Shown: positions 20,161 through 31,684 of the stretch, in pieces
Position numbering within the stretch: position 1 is the first letter of the stretch
How the letters are laid out: the number at the start of each line of letters is the position of its first letter
NCBI GenBank assembly: GCA_039818205.1
Contig: JBCBUK010000001.1
Location: forward strand, 480,001-544,000
DNA: 64,000 nt
Origin: Verrucomicrobiota bacterium
GTDB taxonomy: Bacteria; Verrucomicrobiota; Verrucomicrobiia; Opitutales; Cerasicoccaceae
Reading direction: 5' to 3'
Translations under genes and position numbers: made by a program
The notes under the pieces: generated by a model
What the model was told of the DNA's origin: nothing
The model's input: the letters and a program-made list of their open reading frames with translations, nothing else
Database searches by the model: none

Positions 20161-21666
20161 TTATCCTTCGCGACCCGGAGCCGTTGGCCGGCCGGATTCC
20201 ACGATATCCATATACTCGTCGAACATCTTCTTCGCCAACTCCTTGTATTCTGGGTTGTCCAGAAGGTTCTTTTTCTCCTTCGGATCAGCATCTAAGTTAT
20301 ACAAGGCTTTGGGCTCAAACTGAGTTCGCTTGAAGTTGCTTTGGATAATCAGCTTCCATGGAGAACGACGCAGCATCAACTCCTGCTTCGCGCCAGCCTG
20401 GTTGATAAAATAATCGCGTTGCGCGAACGCGTCGTCACCCAGAAACAGTGGCATTAGATTATTGGAATCCAACGCTTGGCCTGCGGGGATCTTCGTCCCA
20501 ACCAACGCAGCAAACGTTGCCACCATATCCTGATTGACAGCGAGCTCATCCGTGGTTCCGGGCTTAATTTCATTTGGCCAAACCACGAAGAATGGAACTC
20601 GGTGGCCGCCTTCCAACGGCGAGTTCTTATGGCCGCTCCAGCCACCACTTGGATCATAGCCGTGCTTGCGCGCCTGACCATCACTCAATCCCCCATTATC
20701 AGAAGTCAGGATTAACAGCGTGTTATCAAATTCACCGGTTTCCTTTAGCGCATCTACGATTCGCTTTATCTGGAGGTCAAATTCAACCACCATATCAAGA
20801 TGCTTTGTCGGCGTTGTCCCTTTTACTGGTTGACCATCGAATTCAGCTGGCGGCCGGTGTGGAAGGTGCACCATCGGCGAACAGTAATAGATGAAAAATG
20901 GTTCATCCTTTGCCGCGCTGGTTCTAATAAAATCAACGACCTTCTGTGAAAGTATGTCTCCAAGCTGGCGTGAATCCCAATTCGAATCGCCCATTCCGCT
21001 CCCTTTACTGGTGAGATCTTCCGGGAACTTGGCCGACTTCTCATCAATAAAGATGATCTCTGAATCTTCGGCCCAAGGATACCATTTTTCATTCTCATAG
21101 AGAACATAGTGCGGCCCTTGGATTCCACACGGCGTCGTGAAATCATAGTCGAATCCGCAGTCTTTCGGGCCGCCCGCCACAAATTCAGTTACGTCGACTT
21201 TGCCCGTGAGATCACCGTTCTTCTTCCCGCGGTAAATCTCGTCGCTGCCCGGAATCCTAAAGTCACCGCCCAAGTGCCACTTGCCGAAGAAACCCGTATT
21301 GTAACCTGCGTCTCGAACTACCGTTCCCAGGGTCGCTTCACCCGGTTTGAAAGCAGAGGGAGCAAAAGTGCTCCAGACTCCCGTTGGCGCATAAGAGCGA
21401 TAATTATTATTGCCACTCATCACCGCATAGCGGGTCGGCGCGCACAGTGATGTCGCGGAATGACCATCGGTGAACCAAAGTGATTGGGAAGCCAATGCGT
21501 CAATGTTGGGCGTATTAAACAGTGCCTTTTTCTTTTGAATATTTTCAGCGTGGAAACTGATGTCTCCCAGTCCGAGATCGTCGGCCATGATAAAGACAAT
21601 ATTGGGGCGCTCCGCCAAACAGGCTGTCGCCAAGAGACTAATCGCTAAGGTTACAAACCGCTTCAT
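20161..21666 (-). CDS. S1 sulfatase (arylsulfatase-like)
   Basis: [38 protein letters not shown]; signal peptide from ATG 21666. Confidence 0.93.
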   Translation of the reverse strand: MKRFVTLAISLLATACLAERPNIVFIMADDLGLGDISFHAENIQKKKALFNTPNIDALASQSLWFTDGHSATSLCAPTRYAVMSGNNNYRSYAPTGVWSTFAPSAFKPGEATLGTVVRDAGYNTGFFGKWHLGGDFRIPGSDEIYRGKKNGDLTGKVDVTEFVAGGPKDCGFDYDFTTPCGIQGPHYVLYENEKWYPWAEDSEIIFIDEKSAKFPEDLTSKGSGMGDSNWDSRQLGDILSQKVVDFIRTSAAKDEPFFIYYCSPMVHLPHRPPAEFDGQPVKGTTPTKHLDMVVEFDLQIKRIVDALKETGEFDNTLLILTSDNGGLSDGQARKHGYDPSGGWSGHKNSPLEGGHRVPFFVVWPNEIKPGTTDELAVNQDMVATFAALVGTKIPAGQALDSNNLMPLFLGDDAFAQRDYFINQAGAKQELMLRRSPWKLIIQSNFKRTQFEPKALYNLDADPKEKKNLLDNPEYKELAKKMFDEYMDIVESGRPTAPGREG

Positions 21667-21685
21667 AAATACTTCTAGTCGCAAA

Positions 21686-23518
21686 TTAAAGATTGAGTTC
21701 ACCATCATGAGCACCGGGTGCAAAGTTGCTGCGATAGACTGTCGTTCCATTTGCCTTTGGGCCCCAGCCAACTTCAACACGACCATCCCCGAGGACAACA
21801 TCGACCAACTTATCCTTCATCGCCATCGCTACTGCTTCATACTCCTTATTGAAGGCCAGGTTGTTAACTTCCTGCGGGTCACTTGGCATATGGTAGAGAG
21901 CTGGATCGAGCTCCTCATAGGTTGCATTGCGCGCCCATTCCAAATTCTTGCCTCGCTTCTTATCGGGCCGAGTCTGCATCGAAAATACGAAGTCCTTCGT
22001 CCGAATGTAGGCCCGCGGCCCCGTGACTGCGTGGCTCTCACCAATCACATAGTCGCGAGCAGGAAGTTCTCCCGCTGCAGTCTTTTCCATATCGCGACCA
22101 TCGAGATACGTAAAGGTTGCGTCTTCCAAGTCGGCACCACCGGCAGCGAGGATCGTCGGTGCAATATCGACGAACTCCGTGAAGTCTCTGACGACTTTAC
22201 CTGAAGGGAAGGCACTCTTGTCCGAAGACACCACAATAATCGGATTGTGGCTATCGATATCCCAAGGCGTGAACTTGGATACCGCCCCATGATCATTTAA
22301 TTTCCAACCATGATCGCCACAGACGTATACAACCATCCACGGCTGCTTCTGCGATTCGCTATACGCGATGAATGAATCAACCGCCTCGCCCACCAAAGCG
22401 TCTCCATAGGCGCAAAACGCAAAGTAGTCCTGAATCATAGCCTGCTTCTCAGCGTCGGTTAAACTATCGCTGTACCCAGCCATTACCTGGCGTTTCAGCT
22501 GAGCGGGCATCGTTTCCAATTCAGCCTTATCTAACTGCGGAACCTTATAGGTGTGCTTCTGGAAGCGAGCACGGTAGTCCGCCGGTGGAAGGACCGGCGT
22601 GTGAGGAAAATCGTAGCCTAAGTGCAAAAACAACGGCTTTGAGGGATCGACGCCCTCGAAAGTTGCCGAGCCAAATTTGAAGGTCTCGTTCGGGTGATCA
22701 AGGTATTCGTTGAGCGCAATGTTATAGTAGCCATCACGTGTCTTCCCTGCTGGCTGAGGGCTTACCCCAGCGATGATCATGCCCTTATCGAGGTGCTTAC
22801 CCTTCTTTTCGTTGTAGTGCCGGAGTAAGTCATACTGTTCGATAACACGTTCCGCGGATCCAGCAAACTCTGGCATCTTCTTCTCCAGCTCCAGCGACGA
22901 ATACTCGAACTCTCCTTCGGGTGTGACGAAGTATTCCAGATTCTTGATCGGCTGATCCAACTTCTGCCCATTGATTTCGTAGAACCAGTCCTTACCCCAG
23001 TCAGTCAAACCGTCGCGATGCATTGGTTTGAAATATATATCTTCCTGATAAATCTTGTGTGGGCGAACTTTACCATCTTTTACCGTCCGGAGGCGAACGC
23101 CAAGCTTGCCAATGTGAGTTGTCTGGTAACCCAACTTAGCCATCTGCTCCGGTAAGGTCGGCTCGCAGTGCTCAGCATTGTTGTTATGGTATTCAAACTC
23201 ATAAATGCCCGATCGAAACGGGTAACGACCATAGTGCATCGACGCGCGCGATGGCGCACATCCCATTGCTTGGCAGTAGGTATTGATGAAGGTCGTCCCC
23301 ATATCTGCCAAACGGTCGGTCTCTGGTGACTCCACATAGCCAAGAGCGCTCATGTCTCGGCCATGGAGCATCTGGTTGAAAGCGCGTATCGAGTCGTAGC
23401 GCTGATCGTCGGTAATAATCCAAAGGATGTTCGGCTGAGTTGTGGCGAATGTTGATCCACCGGCAAGCCAGGAGGCAATACCGCAAGCAGCAAGAGTAAG
23501 TTTATTCAGGAGTTTCAT
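21686..23518 (-). CDS. S1 sulfatase
   Basis: [29 protein letters not shown]; signal peptide. Confidence 0.9.
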   Translation of the reverse strand: MKLLNKLTLAACGIASWLAGGSTFATTQPNILWIITDDQRYDSIRAFNQMLHGRDMSALGYVESPETDRLADMGTTFINTYCQAMGCAPSRASMHYGRYPFRSGIYEFEYHNNNAEHCEPTLPEQMAKLGYQTTHIGKLGVRLRTVKDGKVRPHKIYQEDIYFKPMHRDGLTDWGKDWFYEINGQKLDQPIKNLEYFVTPEGEFEYSSLELEKKMPEFAGSAERVIEQYDLLRHYNEKKGKHLDKGMIIAGVSPQPAGKTRDGYYNIALNEYLDHPNETFKFGSATFEGVDPSKPLFLHLGYDFPHTPVLPPADYRARFQKHTYKVPQLDKAELETMPAQLKRQVMAGYSDSLTDAEKQAMIQDYFAFCAYGDALVGEAVDSFIAYSESQKQPWMVVYVCGDHGWKLNDHGAVSKFTPWDIDSHNPIIVVSSDKSAFPSGKVVRDFTEFVDIAPTILAAGGADLEDATFTYLDGRDMEKTAAGELPARDYVIGESHAVTGPRAYIRTKDFVFSMQTRPDKKRGKNLEWARNATYEELDPALYHMPSDPQEVNNLAFNKEYEAVAMAMKDKLVDVVLGDGRVEVGWGPKANGTTVYRSNFAPGAHDGELNL

Positions 23519-24969
23519 TTAAAATTGCCCTTAACGATTGGCTGATAGCCAGCTTCGATTGCCTCTTTTGGAACCACCTCCAAGAAGAATTGATCGCGCT
23601 TCTTGTGGTAGTTTTTATAACCTAGCATTCGGCACGGCAGATTATTCTGATTCCATGCGGTCCACTTTGCCTTAAGTTGTCCGGCGAGTTCGGAGTGGCT
23701 GCCTAGCACATCATCGCTTTCGGATATGTCATCGGGAAGATAAAACATCTGAGGCTTCGAGCTGTCTTTGTCTTTCAAGTACTTGTAGCCATTCGACGAG
23801 AGTACGGACCAAACACTGCCGTTGCCTCCTCGCCAAAACAACGCGTCGTGGGGCGCGCCATCGACCGCTCCAGTAACGTAGGGAACAAGATCAATCCCCT
23901 CCATGGCCGGTCCCGTAGAAGCATTGGCACCCGCCACCGCAACCGCTGTGCGCCCAATATCCAAGGCGATCACCGGATACTCGTAAACCTGTCCGGCAGG
24001 GAACTTGGCCGGCCACGAGGCGATAAACGGAACATGGACGCCACCATCGTAAAGGTTGCCCTTGCCTCCGCGGAACGGCTCGTTGTCCGACGCATTACCA
24101 CCATTTGGATTCTTCGCCGAGTTCTGCGGCCCACCATTGTCACTCAAGAAAAAGATCAGCGTATTGTCGCGAATGCCATGCTTCTCCAGCTCACTCACCA
24201 CCTCGCCAATGCCACGATCCATCACGTCGACCATGGCGGCGTAAACGCGACGTTTTTCGTCCGAAATGTGTGAATACCTTTCAATATCTTCCTTCGGTGC
24301 CTGCAAGGGAGCATGAGGCGCATTGTAAGCTAAGAAGAGGAAAAATGGCTGATCCTTGTTCTGAGCAACAAACGCCGCGGCATCGCGGCTAAGCGCGGTG
24401 GTCAGATAGCCTTCAAAATCCGCAGGGCGTTTGTTTCGAACCAAGCCTTGCAAATACGCTTCCTTAACCGGTTGGGTCATATCGATCCGAAAATAATCAT
24501 GCCCTCCCCCGAGAAATCCATAGAAGTAATCAAATCCGCGGTTGTTCGGGTGATAGTCTTCCGCGGCGCCCAAGTGCCATTTACCAACGCAGCCGGTCAC
24601 ATAGCCAGCTTTCTGTAGACGTGCGGGAAACAAGATCTCATTGGGATCGATGCCCATCAACGGATTTGCTGGGTCGTACGCCGGGTTCGTTTCAAATCCA
24701 AAGCGGTGCTGATACCGGCCTGCTAGCAGCGCCGCACGGCTAGGACCGCAAAACGGATGAGTCGCATACCCCTGTTTGAAGATAACTCCGGATGCCGCCA
24801 GCTCGTCCAGATTTGGTGTCAGAATGTCTTTGGAACCCGTAAATCCGGTATCCGCAAAGCCCATGTCATCGGCCATGATCACGATAATATTCGGCTTCGA
24901 ATTCTGCCCAGACAGGCACAACTGAAAGCCAAGCAACAGAGTAACAATCGTTAGAACACGCTTACGCAT
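23515..24969 (-). CDS. S1 sulfatase
   Basis: [45 protein letters not shown]. Start at ATG 24969. Confidence 0.93.
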   Translation of the reverse strand: MRKRVLTIVTLLLGFQLCLSGQNSKPNIIVIMADDMGFADTGFTGSKDILTPNLDELAASGVIFKQGYATHPFCGPSRAALLAGRYQHRFGFETNPAYDPANPLMGIDPNEILFPARLQKAGYVTGCVGKWHLGAAEDYHPNNRGFDYFYGFLGGGHDYFRIDMTQPVKEAYLQGLVRNKRPADFEGYLTTALSRDAAAFVAQNKDQPFFLFLAYNAPHAPLQAPKEDIERYSHISDEKRRVYAAMVDVMDRGIGEVVSELEKHGIRDNTLIFFLSDNGGPQNSAKNPNGGNASDNEPFRGGKGNLYDGGVHVPFIASWPAKFPAGQVYEYPVIALDIGRTAVAVAGANASTGPAMEGIDLVPYVTGAVDGAPHDALFWRGGNGSVWSVLSSNGYKYLKDKDSSKPQMFYLPDDISESDDVLGSHSELAGQLKAKWTAWNQNNLPCRMLGYKNYHKKRDQFFLEVVPKEAIEAGYQPIVKGNFK

Positions 24970-25062
24970 ACAACAGACAAAATTTGGTTTTACGACCAAC
25001 GCCGGGGTAACATCTCGGCGAGATTTAAAACCAATATCTACAAACCAATACCGTTCGGCAAT

Positions 25063-25075
25063 TTATCTATAGATA
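25063..25075. promoter_or_regulatory. Palindrome TATCTATAGATA; TTATCTATAGA recurs at 26220-26230
   Basis: Perfect 12-bp palindrome at 25064-25075, upstream of the three-sulfatase operon. Confidence 0.35.
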
Positions 25076-25133
25076 TACCGCCGCCTGTACGAAACGGTTC
25101 CCGAGAGTCTTTGGCCAGGGGGCACTCCTCGGA

Positions 25134-26216
25134 TTATTCGTCTGCTATCTCGGCTTCTTCTTCAGGAGGCCACTCAACTTTGAGCAGGATCTTATCTACG
25201 AGGCGCTTCGCCGTCGTGAGCTGATCGGTGTCGTAATATAACTCACCAGGCGGAACCGAGCTACTTCCGCTATGACTGGTTAAATCCATAAGGTAATATT
25301 GGCGGTCATCACTCGGATAAATCAACGCTTCATAGATTACCGAGGGTTGCCCAATCCCCGGGCGCGTATACCCGTCATTAGACTCGATCTGTCCCGCGTG
25401 AAAGAAGTCATTGTCATCATTCGGCGCGTTGACCTCCACGTAGACGACAAACGGGATCGCATCCATCTTAAGGTGGCCATCCAAGGAAAAGTCGCGCGTT
25501 GGTGTTGCCGAACTCACGGCGTCCAGATCCTCCTCGGGTTCCTGACCAATTATGTCTTGGTAGCGCTCATACCAAATCGGCAGAACTTCATTCCGGTTCC
25601 GTTGGTGACCGCCAAATTCCTGATCGTTGGACATCGCTGAGTCCTCAGTCACATATAGCGTTTCCAGGACTGTGCCATCCTCCGACTCAGCCCAGATCGC
25701 GAGCTGGGGGTGTCCATCGCCCCATAGGTCAGTCTCATCAACATCTGGGCCAAAGGAATCGCCCCAGTCAAACTCCAGTCGTAGACTCGCCCCCTGGTCG
25801 TTTATCCGTTTGACCTTTAAGCCATCGTCAATCGGCATATACGCAGTGTCCCGATTGGGACGAAAAATATCCCGTGCATGCTGGGACTCGTGGCTCGCGC
25901 TAATCAAGAGCGGAATCGGCCACCAGTTCCACAACGAGGCCGCAACGGCATACAGCCAAAAAATCAGCACGCTGCCTAACAGTGTGATGGGTGAGCCTTG
26001 CTTGCCCTTAGAACGATTGCGCGGCTTCTTGATCAACCCCCAGAAATACTTTCCCCGAGACGATAAATGCAGCGTGATAAAGATAACCAGCGCGAAGCCG
26101 GATACGATATGCAACCGCGTGACAACCAAATCGAAAGGCTGAAAGAAACGAAGCATTCCGGAAATGGCCAATGTTGCAAAGAAGAACAACAAGGAGACGT
26201 TAACGAAATGCTTCAT
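25134..26216 (-). CDS. Membrane protein: N-terminal His-pair (DUF4405-like) TM domain fused to a DUF2271-like extracytoplasmic domain
   Basis: Three TM segments with H36 and H50 on one helix, then PQLAIWAE..DG..LETLYVT, LPIW, DAVSSATP, YVEVN, GQPSVIY. Confidence 0.6.
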   Translation of the reverse strand: MKHFVNVSLLFFFATLAISGMLRFFQPFDLVVTRLHIVSGFALVIFITLHLSSRGKYFWGLIKKPRNRSKGKQGSPITLLGSVLIFWLYAVAASLWNWWPIPLLISASHESQHARDIFRPNRDTAYMPIDDGLKVKRINDQGASLRLEFDWGDSFGPDVDETDLWGDGHPQLAIWAESEDGTVLETLYVTEDSAMSNDQEFGGHQRNRNEVLPIWYERYQDIIGQEPEEDLDAVSSATPTRDFSLDGHLKMDAIPFVVYVEVNAPNDDNDFFHAGQIESNDGYTRPGIGQPSVIYEALIYPSDDRQYYLMDLTSHSGSSSVPPGELYYDTDQLTTAKRLVDKILLKVEWPPEEEAEIADE

Positions 26217-26271
26217 ACCTTATCTATAGAACGTTGAGGTACGCTCTGGCTAGTATAGAAATACGACCAAA

Positions 26272-29200
26272 CTATTCATTGTAGGCGCGCACCTCGTAAA
26301 TGCGGGCGGCCTTATCTCCGTTGGTCTGATTGACAACAACTCGGAACTTCGAAGTTTCAACCTCAGAGAATCGGTGAATGCGGCGGCGCTGATAATTATC
26401 TTCAGTTTTACCCAACGACACCCATCCATCACCGTCTTCGTAGAAAATCTCATAGTCGCGAACCGATTCGGGAACCATGCGGTCGGTATCTTTGAACTCC
26501 CAGGTTTGGTGCTTCGCCTGATTCACGTTGGTATCAAAGGTCAGATAGATAGAATTCAATTTTTCGGGCGAGCCGAAGTCGACCTCTAACCACTGCGGCA
26601 TTGGAAGCGTTGCGTCTGATTTCCACATGTTCGTCGCACCATCGACAATACGCGATACGCCACTAATCACGTTACTCGGACTGTAAGCCGGATTGGGGTT
26701 GATCGGAACGCCCAGGTGGAATGCGTAGTATTCCCCTTGAACTGGATTCCATCGTTCCTGCGCGGCGTCATAGTAGGCTCGTCCGGCGGATATCGGCCCA
26801 TTCTCCATCATCACCCACGAAATCCCATCATGGGCATCCATCGAAATTTTGAGAAACTTTGAACTCACTGGTTGATTGAATTCGAAAGTAACCCAAGTGC
26901 GGCCGTTTGCTGGAACCAGTGCGTCTGCAGAGGCCAGGTCATCGATCCACTCGAAATTCCCATACTCAGCCGCAAGTTGGAGATCCAAGGTCACTTCTGT
27001 CTCGTCGCTATTGGTGGACTCAAGCAGGACTGAAACCGAATCAATTTGTGAAAGCTCGCCAGCCCCAAACATCATTGCGCGTCGTGTGTTGAGCGGATGC
27101 GACTTGTCCATTGCCACGACATCCTCCTTGGAGAATCCTTCCTGAACATCACTGCTTGACGCGGAAATCTTAGCTTTGAGAGCCAGGTCATTTGGATCCT
27201 CATTCTTCAACTTGATAATGTATTGGTCATCCTTAAGCAGCTCCTGCTGCAGCTCGGTAATGTGCTTTTCATAAATACCACGCGGATTGGTATCATACTT
27301 CGCACACATTGCAGCAGCGGTGCCAACGGCCTGCCCCATGACACCCGTTGTTCCTTGCACCCGAACGGTGCCAAGTGCTACCCGCGAACACGACACATCG
27401 CGACCGGCAAACATCAAGTTGCTTATGTTCTTAGAATACAACATGCGGAACGGAATGCTGTACATTGGCGTGTGAGTATTGAAATCGAAGGGTCCTTCGG
27501 TCGAAAAGATTCCGTCCGGATGGTGAATATCCAAGCCCCAGCCACCAGTCGCAATTCGATCAGGGAAAATCGTTGCTTCCAAGACTTCGTCCTGAGTCAA
27601 GATATGGTCGCCAACCAGGCGACGAGTCTCCCGCTTTGCATTGGTCACGGGCAAAGCAATGATCTTGCGATTACGAGCAACGTTATCGGCCTTATTGGAA
27701 TCCGTTTTGATCCAATTCATGTAGCTTAGGCTTACGCGAATGAGCCCATCGCGGGCACTCTCCGGATCCCAAAGATCATCAACGTCTCCCCGATTCTCGT
27801 GCCACCAGGTTCCCGACTTGTAGGTATTCTCGTAGCCCTTGCGCGCTTCGAGGTTCTTGGTATTATAGCTCAGGTCCCACAACCACTCTGGCGAATCCAT
27901 GTCGTAGGGCTCTCCAGTATCTTTGGTGTTGTATCCCAGCACAGACCCCTGGAACAGAGACCCACTCATGGTGATATCGTCCGCTTTGTCGGGTGCGTTG
28001 CTTTCGCCAAAAGTGTCCTTAGCTTCCCGGCCAAACATATACTCCGCACCAGCATAGTAGCCGAGCCAGCCATCGCCTGTGCAATCGATAAAGATCTTAC
28101 CCGTGTAGCGTGTCAGCTTCGCGGTGATCATATCAAATGCGCGCACGCCAACGATCGTGTTCCCGTCCATCTCTGCGTCGTATACGTGGGTGTTCAGGAA
28201 CAGGGTTAGGTTCTCTTCTTTCTCAGCAATCTTTTGAGAAGCCGTGCTCCACTTGGATAGAAAATTAAACGACTGGTATCGGCCGATCTCTTCGTTCAAC
28301 CCACTTTCGCGAGCGTTCTTCTGACCGAAGTCCGCTGGCCCAAGAACCGGCACACCCAGCTCAGCGCTATTGTTTCCACCGAGCATCGGACGGTCCTGAA
28401 TCAGCGCCGTTTTGGCTCCGTTCCGAGCCGCCGCAATCGCTGCATTGGTACCGGCAACACCACCACCGACAACCACGACATCAAAGTCTCCCATAAAAGC
28501 GATATCGGTTTCTTTACCGGTCAGACGATCACGTTCCGCTTTGTATGAAGCGAGTTCGGTCGGTGGCTCATAGGACAGGTCCCGAGTCAACAGTAAGGCG
28601 TCACAGCGACCATAGTAACCCGTTAGATCCTTGATCGCGATTGCGAGCTCACCCTTCTCGAGATTAAAGGTCCCACCATCTTGCCATACCCAGTCATCCG
28701 TTTCATCGGTTCCAAATACTGTGTTCGATTTGTCGCCCCCGATGACAACCTCAAACTTTCCTGGAGTATGCTCGGGAAGCCAGTTGCGGCTCCTTACCCA
28801 AAGGCGATAGTCACCGGCCTGATCGATGTCGACCGAAGTTGTAGCATCCTCAACCGGATAGCCAATTCCCGCTGCGAGCAGGAAGGGCGAACCCATCTGC
28901 GGAACAAACTGGGTGTCCATCCACCAGCCTCCGTAGTCTTGAAAATCCTCTGCATCGATCCACAAGTATCCATCAACGACTTCCTTGGGAGTTCGCTTGC
29001 TGCTCTTGTTATAAAACGAAGTAAACCGACTCTGGGCCCGCTCGATTTCAAATCGACCGGACTCATGCGAATCGTAAATTGCCTCAGCTGACCGCGGAGC
29101 GCCAGCAACAATGACTTCATCCAGCGTCCCACTCAGCGGCATCCGACGATTCAGCGAACCAAGGTAGAGCGGCGACTTGCTATTGGAAATTGATTTTGGA

Positions 29201-29766
29201 GACGACAACTCTCTCTCGTTGTCCAGCTCACCGTTGACATAAACCCGCATCGTTTGCCCATCGAAGGTACCCACGATGTGTTCCCATCGACCATTCGGCC
29301 AGGTCTTGTGTTTTGTGCTTAGCTTTTGCTCCTTACCATCGACCCAGATCGAGAAGGTGACTGATTTGCTGCGGTCAAAATAGAGTGCATAGGCACCCTG
29401 CTTGCGAATAATCACTGGAGTTTGCGCATAGCGCGGATTCCAGACCTTGACCCAAGTTTCAAGGGTTAACCCATCGCTCACATCAAGACTGTCATCATCC
29501 TCAACTTTGACCCATCCCTGCCAGTTAATCTGCAGAGAGGCGTTGTGAACGCCATTAATCCAGCGAACCTCGCTCGCCTGACCGGTATTGTCGTTGCCCG
29601 AACTATCGGAAACTTGCAACTCAGCTCCATCGTCTAGTCGCCAATGCGCGCGAAGATCTTCAATCTCCTCGTTCGGAGTTTCTGCCAAGGCCGGGACAAT
29701 ACCCAACAAAATTAGGCAGCTTTGGAATAGGAATTTTGTCATACGAGATTTCGACATGAGGTTCAT
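26272..29766 (-). CDS. Secreted multidomain FAD-dependent oxidoreductase (LamG + FAD domain + discoidin/F5-8C-like)
   Basis: Signal peptide; LamG (HWRLDD, WEHIVGTFDG, GTLDEV); VVGGGVAG, LGGNNSAE, IDCTGDG, RETRRLVGD, GWGLDIH, AGRDVS; C-terminal PQWLEVDF...ARIYEVRAY. The true start may be a few codons downstream. Confidence 0.8.
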   Translation of the reverse strand: MNLMSKSRMTKFLFQSCLILLGIVPALAETPNEEIEDLRAHWRLDDGAELQVSDSSGNDNTGQASEVRWINGVHNASLQINWQGWVKVEDDDSLDVSDGLTLETWVKVWNPRYAQTPVIIRKQGAYALYFDRSKSVTFSIWVDGKEQKLSTKHKTWPNGRWEHIVGTFDGQTMRVYVNGELDNERELSSPKSISNSKSPLYLGSLNRRMPLSGTLDEVIVAGAPRSAEAIYDSHESGRFEIERAQSRFTSFYNKSSKRTPKEVVDGYLWIDAEDFQDYGGWWMDTQFVPQMGSPFLLAAGIGYPVEDATTSVDIDQAGDYRLWVRSRNWLPEHTPGKFEVVIGGDKSNTVFGTDETDDWVWQDGGTFNLEKGELAIAIKDLTGYYGRCDALLLTRDLSYEPPTELASYKAERDRLTGKETDIAFMGDFDVVVVGGGVAGTNAAIAAARNGAKTALIQDRPMLGGNNSAELGVPVLGPADFGQKNARESGLNEEIGRYQSFNFLSKWSTASQKIAEKEENLTLFLNTHVYDAEMDGNTIVGVRAFDMITAKLTRYTGKIFIDCTGDGWLGYYAGAEYMFGREAKDTFGESNAPDKADDITMSGSLFQGSVLGYNTKDTGEPYDMDSPEWLWDLSYNTKNLEARKGYENTYKSGTWWHENRGDVDDLWDPESARDGLIRVSLSYMNWIKTDSNKADNVARNRKIIALPVTNAKRETRRLVGDHILTQDEVLEATIFPDRIATGGWGLDIHHPDGIFSTEGPFDFNTHTPMYSIPFRMLYSKNISNLMFAGRDVSCSRVALGTVRVQGTTGVMGQAVGTAAAMCAKYDTNPRGIYEKHITELQQELLKDDQYIIKLKNEDPNDLALKAKISASSSDVQEGFSKEDVVAMDKSHPLNTRRAMMFGAGELSQIDSVSVLLESTNSDETEVTLDLQLAAEYGNFEWIDDLASADALVPANGRTWVTFEFNQPVSSKFLKISMDAHDGISWVMMENGPISAGRAYYDAAQERWNPVQGEYYAFHLGVPINPNPAYSPSNVISGVSRIVDGATNMWKSDATLPMPQWLEVDFGSPEKLNSIYLTFDTNVNQAKHQTWEFKDTDRMVPESVRDYEIFYEDGDGWVSLGKTEDNYQRRRIHRFSEVETSKFRVVVNQTNGDKAARIYEVRAYNE

Positions 29767-29804
29767 ATAGATAAATGACTAAATTTAGTTGAGAGGCTCT
29801 TGCG

Positions 29805-31211
29805 CTATTTCTTAGCTTTCCGCGCCGCAGCTAGCTCTCTTGCTCTTTGATTCAATGGCTCCGGCAACGAATCAACAAAGGCACCATACTTCTTCATCAA
29901 CCGGTCAACCAATTCGGGCTGTTGCTTCGCGTGATCCGTGGACTCTCCGATATCATCGGCTAGATTGTAGAGCCAATGCATATCTTGCCAAACGAGAAGC
30001 TTCCAATCGCCGTCGACCACCGCTCCAGAGTCGTCGTGATACCAGTAGAGCGTCTCATGAGGAGCACCCGTTTGCTCTCCAGACAAATAGGGCATCAGGT
30101 CGACACCATCAAGCTGGGTCGTGTCAGGGACGGCTCCATCCGCCGCGGCGAGAAATGTTGGATAGAAATCAAGTGTGCTCACCGCCTCGTCGTAAACCTG
30201 ACCGCCCTCGATCTGGTCTGGCCAACGCATAATAAACGGAACCCGGTTGCCGCCTTCAAAGTTGGATCCCTTATGGCCGCGTAGTGGGCCATTGCTTCCA
30301 AGGAGCTCCCGTGGCCAATCTTCTGGCCACAAGACGTTGTAAGCAAAGGTTGCTCCATTGTCGCTGGCGAAGGCAACGATCGTATCTTCAGCAAGTCCAA
30401 GGCGGTCCAAGGCCTCAAGCACCTTGCCGATATTCTCATCCATAGATATCAGCATAGCGCCGTAAAGTTTGGTTGCTTCAGTCTCGAGGTGGGCAACCTC
30501 AGGCTGGTGGCTAATTTTTGCCTGCATCGGACTATGAGGGGCATTGAATGCCAGGTAGAAGAAGAATGGATCGTCCTTGTGCTCCTCAATAAACTCAACT
30601 GCCTGCCTACCGAGGCGATCGGTTAGATATTCATCCCCCTCGCGCTCTGGGCCCCAAAGTATTCGCTTATGGCCACCTCGTGCATTTGGTTCATCGACGC
30701 CGTTGTAGGTGCCATCCTCGTTCGGGAAATACTCACCACCAAACGCCATGATCGACTGATACTCGTCAAAGGTGGTATTCGGATAGCAAGGCATGTTCGA
30801 CTTCCCAACCATACCCGTAACGTAGCCATTGGCGCTCAAAGCCTGATTCACCAGCAATTGTCCCTTGGGAATGCGATTATCAGTCAAAGTCTCTGTCTTA
30901 CCGTTCCTCAGGTCACTCCATGTATCTGGGTTCCACTGAACACCAAGTTTCTGCTGATACATCCCAGTCAATAGACCAAACCGACTGGGGCCACACGCGG
31001 ATGCAGTCACGTATCCCTGGGTGAATCGAACGCCTTCCTCTGCCAATCGGTCGATGTTTGGCGTCGGGACCAAATTGTCATATCCGTAACAACCAGCGTC
31101 ACCATACCCCATATCATCAGCGTAGATCAGGATGATATTGGGCTTTCGAGCCGATGCCACGGACAACAGAATAACTGAAAAGGCGATTAGAAAGAATCTC
31201 ATAGGTTTCAA
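29805..31211 (-). CDS. S1 sulfatase
   Basis: [46 protein letters not shown]. Start TTG 31211 or ATG 31202. Confidence 0.92.
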   Translation of the reverse strand: MKPMRFFLIAFSVILLSVASARKPNIILIYADDMGYGDAGCYGYDNLVPTPNIDRLAEEGVRFTQGYVTASACGPSRFGLLTGMYQQKLGVQWNPDTWSDLRNGKTETLTDNRIPKGQLLVNQALSANGYVTGMVGKSNMPCYPNTTFDEYQSIMAFGGEYFPNEDGTYNGVDEPNARGGHKRILWGPEREGDEYLTDRLGRQAVEFIEEHKDDPFFFYLAFNAPHSPMQAKISHQPEVAHLETEATKLYGAMLISMDENIGKVLEALDRLGLAEDTIVAFASDNGATFAYNVLWPEDWPRELLGSNGPLRGHKGSNFEGGNRVPFIMRWPDQIEGGQVYDEAVSTLDFYPTFLAAADGAVPDTTQLDGVDLMPYLSGEQTGAPHETLYWYHDDSGAVVDGDWKLLVWQDMHWLYNLADDIGESTDHAKQQPELVDRLMKKYGAFVDSLPEPLNQRARELAAARKAKK

Positions 31212-31684
31212 ATGCGGTAAGAAATAACGGGTAACTATAGTCTATTTCAACGGGCAATCATATCCTTTGTTGCTATAAAAAGATATAAACCAATTGGACT
31301 AGATAACCTTATTTCGAAGCGAACGAGCTGACCTTTTCGTCTCCGCAACCCGTGACACTCCATGCTTCAAGTAGAATATTTCGATTAGGCTATTCCAATA
31401 CTGCAATAAACTGACGGGCTTTCTAAACGACCCGACTCGAATGAATGGAAACAATATAACACCAAGAATCTCTACCGAATAGTTCCAAATGCGTATAACA
31501 GATATACATTCACGCCACTCCCAAATCATACCCAGCATCGAGCATAACAAAACCGACCATTTCTCGAATCATCGAGGACACAAGTGAATCAACAAGATTT
31601 CCACAGCTTATCCATTAACCAAAAATAACACAAACAGGACCTGGATAACTAATTCATCAGATCACCAAACGGGCTTACACCACC

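Noticed and set aside
31299..31550. 83-aa ORF in the AT-rich gap
   Set aside because: No RBS or motif and atypical composition; likewise 46875-47096.
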